In this document: positions 10,786 through 21,410 of the stretch, piece by piece | How positions within the stretch are numbered: position 1 is the stretch's first letter | Layout of the letters: each line of letters begins with the position of its first letter | From: Prochlorococcus sp. AG-363-P19 | GTDB taxonomy: Bacteria > Cyanobacteriota > Cyanobacteriia > PCC-6307 > Cyanobiaceae | DNA: 64,000 bases | Reading direction: 5' to 3' | Assembly (NCBI GenBank): GCA_003280055.1 | Contig: QCGG01000008.1 | Location: forward strand, 19,700 to 83,699 | Translations under genes and position numbers: made by a program | Notes under the pieces: generated by a model | The model's input: the letters and a program-made list of their open reading frames with translations, nothing else | Database searches by the model: none | Told to the model about the DNA's origin: nothing

Positions 10786-12039
10786 ATGAAGTATGTGAGT
10801 GCTGTAAAGCCCCCCAGAAGTGCATATCTTCACATACCTTTTTGTCATAGGCGATGTTTCTATTGTGATTTTCCAGTTGTACCTATTGGTGATTTTGCCA
10901 GAGGAGATAGGGGTACAGGGAGTTCTTCGATTAAGGATTATTTGTCACTTTTACACAAAGAGATATCGATTTCCCCAAATGGCCCACCTTTAGCAACTGT
11001 TTATATAGGCGGAGGGACGCCATCACTTTTAACACCTGAACAGGTTGCTTCTCTCCTGAAGCATTTGCGAGAGCATTTTGGTATTCAGATTGGAGCAGAA
11101 ATTACCTTAGAGATGGATCCTGCAAGCTTTGATGACGATCAACTGGAAAGATTTCTAGAGGTTGGAATAAATCGAGTAAGTCTTGGTTGTCAAAGCTTTA
11201 GAAATGAGGTTTTGGATGCGCTTGGCAGGAGGCATCGCCGTAGTGACTCATTGCAGGCTTGCCAATGGCTGAGGAAGGCATTTAGTACTGGTCTTTTGGA
11301 AACTTGGAGTATTGATTTGATTCAAAATCTCCCTGGCCAGGATTTGGATAGTTGGCGGAAAGAATTGTCAGAAGCCATAGAGACAGAAGCTCCTCATGTT
11401 TCGATTTATGATTTATCGATTGAGCCAGGAACTGTCTTTGAATGGAGAAGAAAAAGAGGTGAACTAAATCTTCCTGAGCATGATTTAGCTGCAGAAGCAA
11501 TGGCCCTCACCAGTGAAATGCTTCATGAAGTTGGGATTTCTCGTTATGAGTTGTCCAGCTATGCCATGCCTGGACATGCCTCTAGGCATAATCGCGTTTA
11601 TTGGCAGGGTTGTGGTTGGTGGGCTTTTGGTCTGGGTTCAACTAGTTCTCCCTGGGGAGAAAGATTTACACGCCCAAGAACAAGAGCTGGTTATCGGGAT
11701 TGGCTTGTAAAGCAAGACCAGATGTGTATCGAACCTTCTCTATTGGGTTTAAATCCAACTAGGTTTCCTTTGGATGAACTATTGATAATTGGTTTAAGAT
11801 GCAGGGAGGGAGTGAACCTTGAGAAATTGGCCCAGAATTGGGGTTGGGATACCAATCAGAGAAAGAAAAACATATCAGCACTATATTTTCAATTGAAAAA
11901 TTCTTTCGATAAAGGCTGGGTAGAAAGATCAGGTAATCGAATAAAACTTACTGAGCCAGATGGAATGATGCTTAGTAATCAGGTCCTGGTTGAGATTTTG
12001 TTGTGGTGGGATTCATTGCCTAATGATGCTGTTGTTTGA
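10786..12039 (+). CDS. hemW: Radical SAM HemN-like protein (HemW-type heme chaperone / coproporphyrinogen oxidase-like)
   Basis: [16 protein letters not shown] (CxxxCxxC) and GGGTPS motif. Confidence 0.85.
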   Translation: MKYVSAVKPPRSAYLHIPFCHRRCFYCDFPVVPIGDFARGDRGTGSSSIKDYLSLLHKEISISPNGPPLATVYIGGGTPSLLTPEQVASLLKHLREHFGIQIGAEITLEMDPASFDDDQLERFLEVGINRVSLGCQSFRNEVLDALGRRHRRSDSLQACQWLRKAFSTGLLETWSIDLIQNLPGQDLDSWRKELSEAIETEAPHVSIYDLSIEPGTVFEWRRKRGELNLPEHDLAAEAMALTSEMLHEVGISRYELSSYAMPGHASRHNRVYWQGCGWWAFGLGSTSSPWGERFTRPRTRAGYRDWLVKQDQMCIEPSLLGLNPTRFPLDELLIIGLRCREGVNLEKLAQNWGWDTNQRKKNISALYFQLKNSFDKGWVERSGNRIKLTEPDGMMLSNQVLVEILLWWDSLPNDAVV

Positions 12040-12790
12040 TCCAGTTATGTAAAGCATCAATAAAAAGTTGACGACCCGGAATCAACTTAGGGCTAAAGGG
12101 GGGTTGGCTTGATGTTAGACCCAATAAGTCAGCTGTTACACGGACTTGCCCATCACAATTATTACCAGCGCCTATCCCGATCACAGGAATCTTTAATTCA
12201 TTTCTTATGCGACTTGCTATGTCACTAGGAACATGCTCGATAACTATTGAAAAGCATCCTGATTCTTCTAGTTTTTGACTTTGTTTTAGCAAGTTGTCTT
12301 GACTATTGGAATCAATAGCTTGTTGTTGATAGCCAGTTCGATGTACTGATTGAGGTGTAAGGCCAAGATGACCCATCACAGGAATCCCCATTCGAACTAA
12401 TCTCTCAATAACCGATAGGACTTCTGGTTCTGCGCCTTCTAATTTTACGGCTGCTGTAGGGGAGTGTTTTAAGAGTTTTCCAGCAGCTGCTACGGCAGCA
12501 TCTTCTCCGCATTGATAACTTAAAAATGGCAAATCACATACCACTAAGGGTTGTTCTTTTTGCGGAAGACTGAATCCCCTCCCAACGGCTTTTGCATGAT
12601 GAAGCATTTCTTCCAATGTGACTGGCAAAGTGGTTGCATGACCAAGCACTGTCATGGCTAAGGAGTCACCCACTAGAACTACATCTGCTCCTGAAGCCTC
12701 AACTATTGATGAAGAGATACTGTCCCAAGCAGTGAGAACAGTAATTGCTCTGCCTTTCTCTTTGAATTCAATTAATTCTCCTGGGCGCAT
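12020..12790 (-). CDS. panB: 3-methyl-2-oxobutanoate hydroxymethyltransferase
   Basis: Full-length PanB-like sequence (TAWDS..., [16 protein letters not shown]). Confidence 0.92.
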   Translation of the reverse strand: MRPGELIEFKEKGRAITVLTAWDSISSSIVEASGADVVLVGDSLAMTVLGHATTLPVTLEEMLHHAKAVGRGFSLPQKEQPLVVCDLPFLSYQCGEDAAVAAAGKLLKHSPTAAVKLEGAEPEVLSVIERLVRMGIPVMGHLGLTPQSVHRTGYQQQAIDSNSQDNLLKQSQKLEESGCFSIVIEHVPSDIASRIRNELKIPVIGIGAGNNCDGQVRVTADLLGLTSSQPPFSPKLIPGRQLFIDALHNWIKQQHH

Positions 12791-12829
12791 TTTTAATCAG
12801 ATTTTTGATGATGCATTGCTAGCATTAGG

Positions 12830-12929
12830 TCGACTCGGACCCATGCGGCTTCGACGCCCAAACCTGGTCAGGACCGGAAGGTAGCAGCCAAATGGGATGC
12901 TTGTTGCAGGCGTGGATTCCGGGTCACCC
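12830..12929 (+). ncRNA. ffs: Signal recognition particle RNA (4.5S-like, ffs)
   Basis: Contains CCTGGTCAGGACCGGAAGGTAGCAGCC, matching the universal domain IV core (GGUCAGGUCCGGAAGGAAGCAGCC in E. coli) with a GGAA tetraloop. Flanks 12832-12839 and 12918-12925 pair as a terminal helix. Ends are approximate. Confidence 0.8.
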
Positions 12930-12939
12930 AATTGTTAGA

Positions 12940-14067
12940 TCAGTTTTCTGCCTCTTTTCGTTGTTGGCGCCGTCGTAAGAATTCAGGAATACTTGCCCCT
13001 GGCTCTCTGTTTGTAGATCCTTTGCTTGATGAGGGCGCCATTCTGTTCTTTGCTCTTTCACTTCTGTATGGCTGATTGCTTTGAAAGCCAGTTGCAATAA
13101 CTGTTACTTGAACTTCCCCCTCAAGTTTTTCGTCTACCACAGCACCAACAATGATATTTGCTTCGGGGTCTACAACGTCGTAAATAACTTCTGAAGCTGA
13201 AGTCATGTCTTCGAGAGTCATATCACTGCCACCACTTATGTTGATTACGCATCCTTTTGCACCATCAATGCGAGCCGCTTCCAAAAGGGGGCTGTTTATA
13301 GCAGCTTGTGCTGCTTCAAGGGCTCTTGATCGCCCTGAACCCATCCCAATTCCAAGCAAGGCAGTACCTGCCTCGGTCATTACTGAACGAACATCTGCAA
13401 AGTCCACGTTCACAAGCCCAGGACAAGTGATTATGTCGCTTATACCTTTGACTCCCATTCTTAATACATCATCAGCATTGCGAAATGCTTCTTGAAGGGG
13501 AGCTCCAGAAATAACATCTTTGAGTCTGTCATTTGGGATAACAATGAGGGTGTCGACATTTTCTGCTAAACGTGCGATCCCTTCATCAGCTTGGCGCATT
13601 CTTCTGCGACCCTCGAAGCCAAATGGTTTTGTAACTATCCCAACAGTAAGAGCACCACTTTCTTTTGCGACTTCTGCAACCACAGGGGCCGCTCCAGTAC
13701 CAGTACCCCCTCCCATCCCAGCTGCAATAAAAACTAAATCTGCTCCTTCAAGAGCTTGTTGGAGTTCTGTTCTCGACTCCTCTGCTGCTTTTTGACCAAT
13801 ACTTGGATTACCTCCAGCACCAAGGCCTCTAGTGAGGGTCTCACCTAGTTGAACTCGATTTTTGGCTGCAGATTGCAATAAGGCTTGGGCATCGGTATTT
13901 AGTACTCGATAGGCAACTCCATCTAGATCGCTAACAATCATTCGGTTGACAGCATTACTGCCTCCACCGCCTACACCAATGACCTCAATCCGCGCAGATT
14001 GGCTTGGACTGATCCCAGCATTCTGCATGGAGTTGGATCTGTTTCCGCTCACCATCTCCATACCCAT
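12940..14067 (-). CDS. ftsZ: Cell division GTPase FtsZ
   Basis: [11 protein letters not shown] tubulin signature and [15 protein letters not shown]. Confidence 0.98.
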   Translation of the reverse strand: MGMEMVSGNRSNSMQNAGISPSQSARIEVIGVGGGGSNAVNRMIVSDLDGVAYRVLNTDAQALLQSAAKNRVQLGETLTRGLGAGGNPSIGQKAAEESRTELQQALEGADLVFIAAGMGGGTGTGAAPVVAEVAKESGALTVGIVTKPFGFEGRRRMRQADEGIARLAENVDTLIVIPNDRLKDVISGAPLQEAFRNADDVLRMGVKGISDIITCPGLVNVDFADVRSVMTEAGTALLGIGMGSGRSRALEAAQAAINSPLLEAARIDGAKGCVINISGGSDMTLEDMTSASEVIYDVVDPEANIIVGAVVDEKLEGEVQVTVIATGFQSNQPYRSERAKNRMAPSSSKGSTNREPGASIPEFLRRRQQRKEAEN

Positions 14068-14211
14068 TAATTGAAGTGTTGATTTTGAGGCAAAAAGTCC
14101 TCAATGGACATTTTGTCTAGGTTTTTACAATCGTTCCTACTTTTTAATAGTTCTGCAACCCTTAGTTATCGAATCCAATCTTGTGTGAGTCTGTTTAAAC
14201 CTTCAATTTAT

Positions 14212-15027
14212 TTATCTAGAGGGTTCAGAAAACTGTAATTCAGGTTTAGAGGGGTCTCTCATGTCGACGATCATTCCCGCCTTGTTCCGAAATTTTGTAG
14301 GCAGATTGTCATTGAGATGAGCAGTAGCTTTTAATTTGGCTACGAGTCGCTGATCATCAAAACCAAGTTCTATAAGGCCAAGCTCCTCTGTCTTTATAGT
14401 CATTTCACCATTTGGACTAATCAAGATTTTTTGTAAAGGACTGCCTAGTTGATTTCTGTGCTTTAAAACTATTGAGATTCTTCTTTTATGACTTGGCATC
14501 CAGCCTTCTATAGAAAGTTGAGTAGAAGGAGAACTCACTTCTCCTAAAAATTTTATTGGAATCCAATCCCCTTTGATGTCTACAAGGCCTTTTTCTATTG
14601 TACTCCCTTTTCTTCTTGTTCCATAGGCAAGAGGAGATTTTTCTAACAGTGATATTTCTACTCTTGGTGGAATCAAATAGCGACGAACTATTGCTTTGTT
14701 GATAGGTAATACAGCTTCTAGCTTTTTCTCTAACTCGTGTGGATTTAAACTAAGAACCCTTTGAGGTAATTTGAGTTTAGTTGTATTTAAAATAGTCTTT
14801 AAGCTTAAATTGCTGCTCCCTTTTATATATATATTTTCAGAATAAATAGGGCTCCAACCTTTTATTAAAATCAACCAAAATAGGGAGATAGAGGTTGCGC
14901 TATATATAAATATACACCAAATATAATTGGTGTTTTTTTTGAGATTACTTGACCATCTTCTAAAAGCTTTTTTTTTACTCCTTGAGACAGATTTTTGGCT
15001 ATGTTTTGTCTTGGTTTGGCTTTTCAC
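14212..15027 (-). CDS. ftsQ: Cell division protein FtsQ/DivIB-like (POTRA)
   Basis: Basic N-terminus, one TM and a POTRA-like region. Position directly upstream of ftsZ. GTG start. Confidence 0.75.
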   Translation of the reverse strand: MKSQTKTKHSQKSVSRSKKKAFRRWSSNLKKNTNYIWCIFIYSATSISLFWLILIKGWSPIYSENIYIKGSSNLSLKTILNTTKLKLPQRVLSLNPHELEKKLEAVLPINKAIVRRYLIPPRVEISLLEKSPLAYGTRRKGSTIEKGLVDIKGDWIPIKFLGEVSSPSTQLSIEGWMPSHKRRISIVLKHRNQLGSPLQKILISPNGEMTIKTEELGLIELGFDDQRLVAKLKATAHLNDNLPTKFRNKAGMIVDMRDPSKPELQFSEPSR

Positions 15028-15434
15028 AGGTCACAACGCGCATTTTCCATAAGTTGGTTCATCCAATTTCTTGCTCGTTCAGCATCTGCAAAGGGGACAT
15101 CCATTTCCTTGCCGTTTCCTATAAGTCGAAGGCGGCAGCTCCCTTGAGATTCATTAGTTAGAGGCGCTTCCCCAGAAGTTAATGCCATTAACTCAACAAG
15201 TTCTAGCTTAGTAACTTCGAAAGAACCTTTCTCTTGGAAACTTCCTGCTTCAAAGCTACTCCAGCTAAGGATTCCTTTTTTCAGTTGTGCGGCACCAGAA
15301 CTATCAAGTTTTGCAATTTCTGCTCCTTTAGCCCAATTCCTGAATAGGTTTTGCCTGCGTCTTTCAACCCAACCAAGCGCGGTCAAAAGCAGGAATGCCA
15401 GAAGTAAAGGAAACCAGAGCAGGCCGTGGATCAT
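15024..15434 (-). CDS. Conserved-looking hypothetical membrane-anchored protein between ddl and ftsQ
   Basis: 136-aa ORF with an N-terminal TM (LLWFPLLLAFLLLTALGW). Its TGA overlaps the ftsQ GTG as GTGA. Confidence 0.55.
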   Translation of the reverse strand: MIHGLLWFPLLLAFLLLTALGWVERRRQNLFRNWAKGAEIAKLDSSGAAQLKKGILSWSSFEAGSFQEKGSFEVTKLELVELMALTSGEAPLTNESQGSCRLRLIGNGKEMDVPFADAERARNWMNQLMENARCDL

Positions 15435-15480
15435 TAGACAATTATATAGAGGATTTAGTCTGGGTTCTTTTTCCAGACAC

Positions 15481-16539
15481 TTATTCTGTCGCCGTTTCTA
15501 TCAATCTGGCCACTAGTTTTTCTAGCGTTACACCTGATGCTTGCCATAGTCGGGGATACATGCTTTGAGATGTAAAGCCTGGAAGAGTATTGACTTCATT
15601 AATTAACAGTTCATTTTTAGCCCTTCGGTAAAAAAAATCCACTCTTGCCATGCCATTGACACCTAAGGCATTACAAGCTTCTATCGATTTCATTTTGACT
15701 TGAGTTGCTAAAGACTCCTCGATTTTTGCAGGAATAATAACCTCACTAAAACCTTTGGAATACTTGGTCTCATAGTTATACCAATCTGTTGAATATTTTA
15801 TTTCTCCAACTGTTGAGGCTACTAGTTCACTTTTGCCTAAAACTCCACATTCGAGTTCAATAGCATCAATGCCTTGTTCGACAACCAAGCGCTTATCGTA
15901 TTTAGAGGCTATATCTAGACCCTTAAGTAGCTCTTCTCGATTCTTTACTTTACTTATGCCAACTGAGGACCCCAGATTTGCGGGTTTTACAAAATAGGGA
16001 TATGTAAGTTTATTTTCTAAGCGAGCGATGGTTTTTTTTAAATGCTCTTGATTTTTTAAATCTTCAGCTTTGATTCCTGCATAAGGTACCTGAGACAAGC
16101 CTGCCGCAGTAAAGATTGCCTTCATTGCTAGTTTGTCCATGCCTACTGCAGAACCTAGAACGTTTGAGCCCACAAAAGGTTTTTTCATAAGCGTGAAGAG
16201 CCCTTGAATAGTCCCATCTTCTCCATTGGGGCCATGCAGAACTGGATACCAAACCTCTATTTTCTCTGTTTCTTTGGGAAGTTTTGTCAGCCCTTTTTGA
16301 AAGTTGCCATTTTGACCATCGACCTTTAAGCGGAGACCTTCGATGAGGACTTTATTAGAGAGATTGCTGTCATGCCAATGTCCGTTTAGGTCTATATAAA
16401 TTGGGATTACTTTAAAATGATGTGAGTTCTTTCCGGCACGTAGTGCATTGACGACTGTTATTGCAGATTTAATAGAGACATCGTGTTCTCCACTTGCCCC
16501 ACCGAACACCACACCTATAGAGGTGTATAACGAAGACAT
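15481..16539 (-). CDS. ddl: D-alanine--D-alanine ligase
   Basis: ATP-grasp Ddl sequence (VLHGPNGEDGTIQG, EVNTLPGFT). Confidence 0.95.
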   Translation of the reverse strand: MSSLYTSIGVVFGGASGEHDVSIKSAITVVNALRAGKNSHHFKVIPIYIDLNGHWHDSNLSNKVLIEGLRLKVDGQNGNFQKGLTKLPKETEKIEVWYPVLHGPNGEDGTIQGLFTLMKKPFVGSNVLGSAVGMDKLAMKAIFTAAGLSQVPYAGIKAEDLKNQEHLKKTIARLENKLTYPYFVKPANLGSSVGISKVKNREELLKGLDIASKYDKRLVVEQGIDAIELECGVLGKSELVASTVGEIKYSTDWYNYETKYSKGFSEVIIPAKIEESLATQVKMKSIEACNALGVNGMARVDFFYRRAKNELLINEVNTLPGFTSQSMYPRLWQASGVTLEKLVARLIETATE

Positions 16540-16596
16540 TGATTACAAAAGTTGAATAGGTTGTAGCAATAAAGTTATCATTTTCGATTACCTTAT

Positions 16597-17997
16597 TCAG
16601 GAAATTGGGGTTCCGCTTAGAGAGAATGATCTCACTGTGTTTATTAAGACCGTTACTAGGTCCCCTGGCTTATAAATTCTTTCATCGGGTCCTTTTGAAT
16701 TGAAAAACGTGATTCTATTGGTGCGTGTTCGTCCCATTAGCTGATTGGGGTCTTTGGAATTGTGTCCTTCTGCCAAGATCTCTTCTTTTCGGTTTGAATA
16801 TCTAGAGTTTTTTTTCAAGGCAATTTCTTCTACCAATGAGTTGATTTCCTTAAGGCGCTCGACTTTTAATTCTTCTGGAAGTTGATTAGTCCATGTCGCA
16901 GAAGGTGTATTAGGCCTGGGAGAATAAGCCGCAGTATTTATTTGATCAAAACCTATATCTTTGACTATTGATAGGGTCTCTTTAAATTGATTATCAGTTT
17001 CACCAGGGAAGCCAACTATAACATCAGAACTTATTGCTGCATCAGGCATTCTCTCACGTATATTATATATAATTTTTTGATAGCGTTCGATTGAATAACC
17101 TCTTGCCATTTCTTTAAGAATTTGATTGCTACCGCTTTGGAATGGAATGTGAAAATGCTCACAAAGTTTCGGAAGTTCCGCACAAGCATCAATAAGTCTC
17201 TCTGTGAAATAGCGAGGGTGACTAGTGGCAAAACGAATGCGTTCTATTCCTTCGACATCGTGAATAAAATATAATAGGTCTGTTAGTGTATTTTCTCTTC
17301 TCCCTTCTGCTGTAATTCCAGGAAGATCACGACCATAAGCATCTATATTTTGACCTAATAGGGTTATTTCTTTGTATCCAAGTTTTGCTAGTGTTTCGAT
17401 TTCTTGGCGAATAATAATTGGGCTTCTAGATTGCTCCTTTCCTCTTACAGAAGGTACGACACAGTAAGTACAGCGTTCATTGCAGCCATAAATAATATTT
17501 ACCCATGCGCATACATTACTATCTCTACGAGCAGTTGTAATGTCTTCAAGAATGTGTTGCTCATTTGTTGCTACAACTTGTTGCCCATTCTCAACTTGCT
17601 GAAGAAGTATTTGGAGACGATTGGCATGTTGAGGTCCCATAACTAAATCTATTTCGGGGACTCTTCTGAGTAATGTTTCGCCTTCTTGTTGGGCTACACA
17701 GCCTGCTATTACTAGCTTTAAATGTGGATTCTTTCGTTTGCGTTGTGCTTGTTTCCCTAAATAGCTGTAAACCTTCTGCTCGGCATTGTCTCTGATAGTA
17801 CAAGTGTTATACAGCACAAGATCTGCTTCTAGTTCCGCAGTTGCTTTTTTATATCCCATTACTTCAAGAATTCCCGCCATTCGTTCGGAGTCCGCCTTGT
17901 TCATTTGGCACCCAAAGGTTGTGATCCAATAGCTTCCTTTAGAACGCATTTGAGGAATGGTTTTTTGAAGGGCGTTAATTGAGGGTGAAGCTTCCAA
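16597..17997 (-). CDS. miaB: tRNA-i6A37 methylthiotransferase MiaB
   Basis: N-terminal UPF0004 cysteines (FGCQMN), radical [11 protein letters not shown], and a C-terminal TRAM. Confidence 0.93.
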   Translation of the reverse strand: MEASPSINALQKTIPQMRSKGSYWITTFGCQMNKADSERMAGILEVMGYKKATAELEADLVLYNTCTIRDNAEQKVYSYLGKQAQRKRKNPHLKLVIAGCVAQQEGETLLRRVPEIDLVMGPQHANRLQILLQQVENGQQVVATNEQHILEDITTARRDSNVCAWVNIIYGCNERCTYCVVPSVRGKEQSRSPIIIRQEIETLAKLGYKEITLLGQNIDAYGRDLPGITAEGRRENTLTDLLYFIHDVEGIERIRFATSHPRYFTERLIDACAELPKLCEHFHIPFQSGSNQILKEMARGYSIERYQKIIYNIRERMPDAAISSDVIVGFPGETDNQFKETLSIVKDIGFDQINTAAYSPRPNTPSATWTNQLPEELKVERLKEINSLVEEIALKKNSRYSNRKEEILAEGHNSKDPNQLMGRTRTNRITFFNSKGPDERIYKPGDLVTVLINTVRSFSLSGTPIS

Positions 17998-18228
17998 GGT
18001 TATGGTGCAATTGCAATAGTGGTTGTAAGAGCTTGTTTGACCTTCTTTTGATTTTGAACATTGAAAGAGGTGATTTGGTTTTTAGGGTAAAAATCTTGAA
18101 TAAATTCTTTCAAAGGTCGTGTGAGCCTCTCGTAAGATCAAACTTAGATGATTGTTCAAACAATGGCTGGAAATATTTTTCCAAAGCTCCTCAGCTCATG
18201 TGTATAAGGACTGTGTTGAATGTAAGAG

Positions 18229-18302
18229 GGCGAGCGAGGGGATTCGAACCCCCGAATAGCGGCGCCACAAGCCGCTGCCTTAACCACTTGGCGACGCCCG
18301 CC
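18229..18302 (-). tRNA. tRNA-His (anticodon GTG) with genomically encoded G-1
   Basis: Hand-folded cloverleaf. G-1 opposes discriminator C. Acceptor is GCGGGCG/CGCTCGC, anticodon arm GCGGC-TTGTGGC-GCCGC, T arm GGGGG-TTCGAAT-CCCCT. No encoded CCA. Confidence 0.9.
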
Positions 18303-18386
18303 GCGTCGGTAAGAATTTACCAATTCACAGGATAAGTGAATCTGAAACACAATTCTGGTCACAATTGGTACCTATCCGGTACCTCA

Positions 18387-18791
18387 ATGCTGGGTTTTGT
18401 AGCAATTGCAGGCTGTGCTTCCGCTTTGTTTTATACCAATCCTTCCTTTGAAGACTACAGTTCCTTTGCAGGAGATCGATTGGTCGAGATAGGGACTCAA
18501 GAGCTATGTAACAGGAAAGTCCCGTCAGTGGTTTCTAGTGTCTGGATGGAGAACTGCCCAAAGTTGATTTCTAAACAGAAGGAAGCTTTGTCAAATATCA
18601 CAGCGAATTTCACTAGAAGATTCAATTTTTACTTGTTCAGTTTCTATACGACAAAAATTGGAGGAAATAACTTTCTTACTATTTTGGATATACCTGAGTA
18701 CAGGGTGAGAACTTTTGCAATTGCAGGCCAGTTCAGAGTCTTGAATGTTGACGTTACGCGTACCAGAAGAATTGGCCTTGATGAAAGATGA
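18387..18791 (+). CDS. Hypothetical membrane-anchored protein (DUF4359-like)
   Basis: ORF is open from 18336 (GTG). ATG 18387 gives MLGFVAIAGCASALF..., a signal/TM or lipobox-like start. Its stop overlaps the next start as ATGA. The family assignment is from memory only. Confidence 0.55.
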   Translation: MLGFVAIAGCASALFYTNPSFEDYSSFAGDRLVEIGTQELCNRKVPSVVSSVWMENCPKLISKQKEALSNITANFTRRFNFYLFSFYTTKIGGNNFLTILDIPEYRVRTFAIAGQFRVLNVDVTRTRRIGLDER

Positions 18792-20032
18792 TTAAATTAG
18801 AAGCCCTAGTTCCACGAAGCTTGATCCTTCCTCCCAAGGATGCTCACTCAGTAAGGGCAAACTTTGAAGGGCTTTCACATATATGCTTGGGATTGGATTA
18901 TGGGAAAATACAAACTCTTGAAGTAGTCAATAGTTCGGAGATTACCCCTAAAAAAATATTACTTCCAAGATTGATAGAGCCTCATGCACATCTTGATAAG
19001 GCATTCTCTTGGCCTGCATACCCAAATTTATCTGGACATTATTCTGAGGCTCTCAGAGTTAATTATCTTGAGCACCAGACCCGTACCAAGATGCTTATTT
19101 TGGAAAGGGTTGAGTGTGCACTAGAGCTTTCTTTGAAAAATGGGATTAGAGCAATTAGAACCCATGTCGATGTCTTTGACCCTATTGGATTAGATTACTT
19201 AGATGTTTTTATTGGGATAAGAAATCAATGGAAATCTAAGATAGAGATTCAGGTAGTTGCTCTTGCATCTATTGATTATTGGGGAACTGAGAAAGGACGA
19301 GAATTTGCAAAGAATCTCGCAAGAGTAGATGGATTGTTAGGAGGAGTTATATCCCCCACTATTAGAGGATCTTCTCTTAAAGAAGATATTAAAAAGATGC
19401 TCATTCTTGCGGAGGGATTAGGATGTGAAATTGATCTACATATTGATGAAAGTCAAATAAAACCTGCAGTTGGGCTTCACTACTTATTGGGAGTTCTTGA
19501 TGAAATGACTATCACGATTCCTGTCACATGTAGCCATGCGAGTAGCTTGGCTTTATTGCCCTCACGATTGCTATTAAGAATCTCGGAACGAATGGCAGCT
19601 CATAACCTTAGAGTAGTGGCGTTGCCCTTAACGAACTCTTGGCTTTTAGGAGGCAGAAGATCCTCTGTGCCTTCAAATAGACCAATTGCCCCAATTCGCC
19701 AACTTCAGAGTGCGGGAGTGATTGTTGCAGTAGGTGGAGATAATGTGCAAGATTCTTGGTTCCCTGGTGGCAATTTTGACCCATTGGGTTTAATGGGTTT
19801 TTCACTACCAATAGCTCAACTAGCGCCTTGGGAACGTTTGGGATTGGCACCATTTACTACTTCCGCGGCAAAAATTATGGGTCTTTCGTGGGATGGCACT
19901 TTTCAAGTAGGAAGTCCTGCGGACTTTATTCTTTTAGAAGCGGATAGTTGGGTAGTTGCTCTTGCTGCTCCACCTGAAAGAAAAGTAATGATTGGTGGAG
20001 ATTGGGTTAATCAAAAACCTTCAGCCAGATGA
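18788..20032 (+). CDS. Metal-dependent amidohydrolase, cytosine-deaminase-like
   Basis: IEPHAHLDK (HxH metal site), HIDE and GGDNVQD blocks typical of the amidohydrolase superfamily. Confidence 0.75.
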   Translation: MIKLEALVPRSLILPPKDAHSVRANFEGLSHICLGLDYGKIQTLEVVNSSEITPKKILLPRLIEPHAHLDKAFSWPAYPNLSGHYSEALRVNYLEHQTRTKMLILERVECALELSLKNGIRAIRTHVDVFDPIGLDYLDVFIGIRNQWKSKIEIQVVALASIDYWGTEKGREFAKNLARVDGLLGGVISPTIRGSSLKEDIKKMLILAEGLGCEIDLHIDESQIKPAVGLHYLLGVLDEMTITIPVTCSHASSLALLPSRLLLRISERMAAHNLRVVALPLTNSWLLGGRRSSVPSNRPIAPIRQLQSAGVIVAVGGDNVQDSWFPGGNFDPLGLMGFSLPIAQLAPWERLGLAPFTTSAAKIMGLSWDGTFQVGSPADFILLEADSWVVALAAPPERKVMIGGDWVNQKPSAR

Positions 20033-21372
20033 AAAGTACTGAAATTATTGATGAATTACGTTTAGAACTTTCCTCTTGTAAGGAAGTTGATTTGTTTACG
20101 ACGACTTCTGATTTGGAACGATTTTCAAAAGATTTTTATGACTACTCTCCAGTTCTTGTAGATCAATTAAAAGATTGTCGGGCTGACTTAGTCGTTCGGC
20201 CAAAGTCAATAGACGCTGTCAAGCTAGTCGCCTCGGCTTGTGAGCGAAGACAGATTCCATTGACTTTAAGAGGGTCTGGAACTGGAAACTATGGACAATG
20301 TGTTCCTTTAAAAGGAGGTGTTGTGATGCTAATGGGAGCACTTTCAAGAATTAGAAACTTTGATTTGGTTACAGGGATAGTGACCGTTGAGTCAGGTTGT
20401 CTTTTAAGAGACTTAGAAAACTTTTTGGTTTCTCATGGCCGTCAATTGCGTTTGATGCCAAGTACCTGGAGGAGTGCTTCGGTTGGGGGCTTTTTGGCTG
20501 GCGGTTCTGGAGGAATTGGTTCGGTTCGTTGGGGGTTTTTGAGAGATCCTGGCCATCTCATGTCCTTAGAAATTGTTACTTTAGAAAGGACACCCAAACA
20601 ATTGAAATTAGATGCGAGTCAGTCTGAGCCACTTAATCATGCATATGGTACAAACGGAATTATTACAGCATTGAGCTTGGCTACTGCGCCAGTAATTTCT
20701 TGGCATGAGGTTATTATTGATTGTGCTAAATGGCCACAGGCTGTAGAACTTTTGCTTTCTTGTTCACGCGCAGCGATTAATTTAAATTTGTGTACTTTAA
20801 TCGAACGAAATATTATCAAACAATTACCTAATTGGTATGGGTTGCCATCAGATAATCATCGCCTACTTATGCTCGTTGATTCTGATGGAATATCTACAAT
20901 TGAGAGAATGTCCCAATCTAAAGGAGCTAATTTTAAGCATCTAGGAGTAGAAAAAGATCAAAAAGGTGCTGGCATAAGAGAGCTTGTTTGGAACCATACA
21001 ACCCTTCATATGCGAGCTGTTGATTCTGATTGGACATACTTACAAATGCTTCTGCCTCAACCAGAGTTACCTGCCATGAAGTCTTTGAAAGATAGTTGGG
21101 GAGATGATTTGCTATGGCATTTAGAAGTTGTTCGACAGCAAGGGGATCAGCGTTTAGCAGCTTTACCTTTAGTTAGATGGAAGGGAAGAGATTCTTTAGA
21201 GCAATTGATGGTTCATTGCAAGTCTTTAGGCGCTGTGTTGTTTGACCCCCATGTTGTGACCGTGGAGGAGGGTGGATTAGGTTTGGTTGATAGTGATCAA
21301 GTCGATGCTAAAAATAGGTTTGACCCTAAAGGGTTAATGAACCCTGGCAAGCTAAAAGGTTGGATTGAATAG
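20029..21372 (+). CDS. FAD-linked oxidase/dehydrogenase (GlcD / D-2-hydroxyacid dehydrogenase-like)
   Basis: FAD_binding_4-like RGSGTGNYGQ...VESG region and C-terminal FDPKGLMNPGKL. Confidence 0.75.
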   Translation: MKSTEIIDELRLELSSCKEVDLFTTTSDLERFSKDFYDYSPVLVDQLKDCRADLVVRPKSIDAVKLVASACERRQIPLTLRGSGTGNYGQCVPLKGGVVMLMGALSRIRNFDLVTGIVTVESGCLLRDLENFLVSHGRQLRLMPSTWRSASVGGFLAGGSGGIGSVRWGFLRDPGHLMSLEIVTLERTPKQLKLDASQSEPLNHAYGTNGIITALSLATAPVISWHEVIIDCAKWPQAVELLLSCSRAAINLNLCTLIERNIIKQLPNWYGLPSDNHRLLMLVDSDGISTIERMSQSKGANFKHLGVEKDQKGAGIRELVWNHTTLHMRAVDSDWTYLQMLLPQPELPAMKSLKDSWGDDLLWHLEVVRQQGDQRLAALPLVRWKGRDSLEQLMVHCKSLGAVLFDPHVVTVEEGGLGLVDSDQVDAKNRFDPKGLMNPGKLKGWIE

Positions 21373-21410
21373 TTGTTGTGAGTCGATATTTTTTGCTAAT
21401 GAGATTGAAT

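Noticed and set aside
13205-13795. Two plus-strand ORFs (96 and 91 aa) inside ftsZ
   Set aside because: They are antisense to a certain gene and are Ala/Ser/Pro/Arg-rich, which is typical of antisense frames.
17979-18362. Track ORFs of 118 aa (+) and 68 aa (-) between miaB and the next gene
   Set aside because: Both read through the tRNA-His gene (18229-18302). Their compositions are not protein-like, so they are artefacts of the tRNA sequence.
18368-18384. Direct repeat GGTACCT...GGTACCT, considered as a LexA/NtcA-type site
   Set aside because: It does not fit RGTACNNNDGTWCB or GTA-N8-TAC, and it lies inside or at the start of an ORF.
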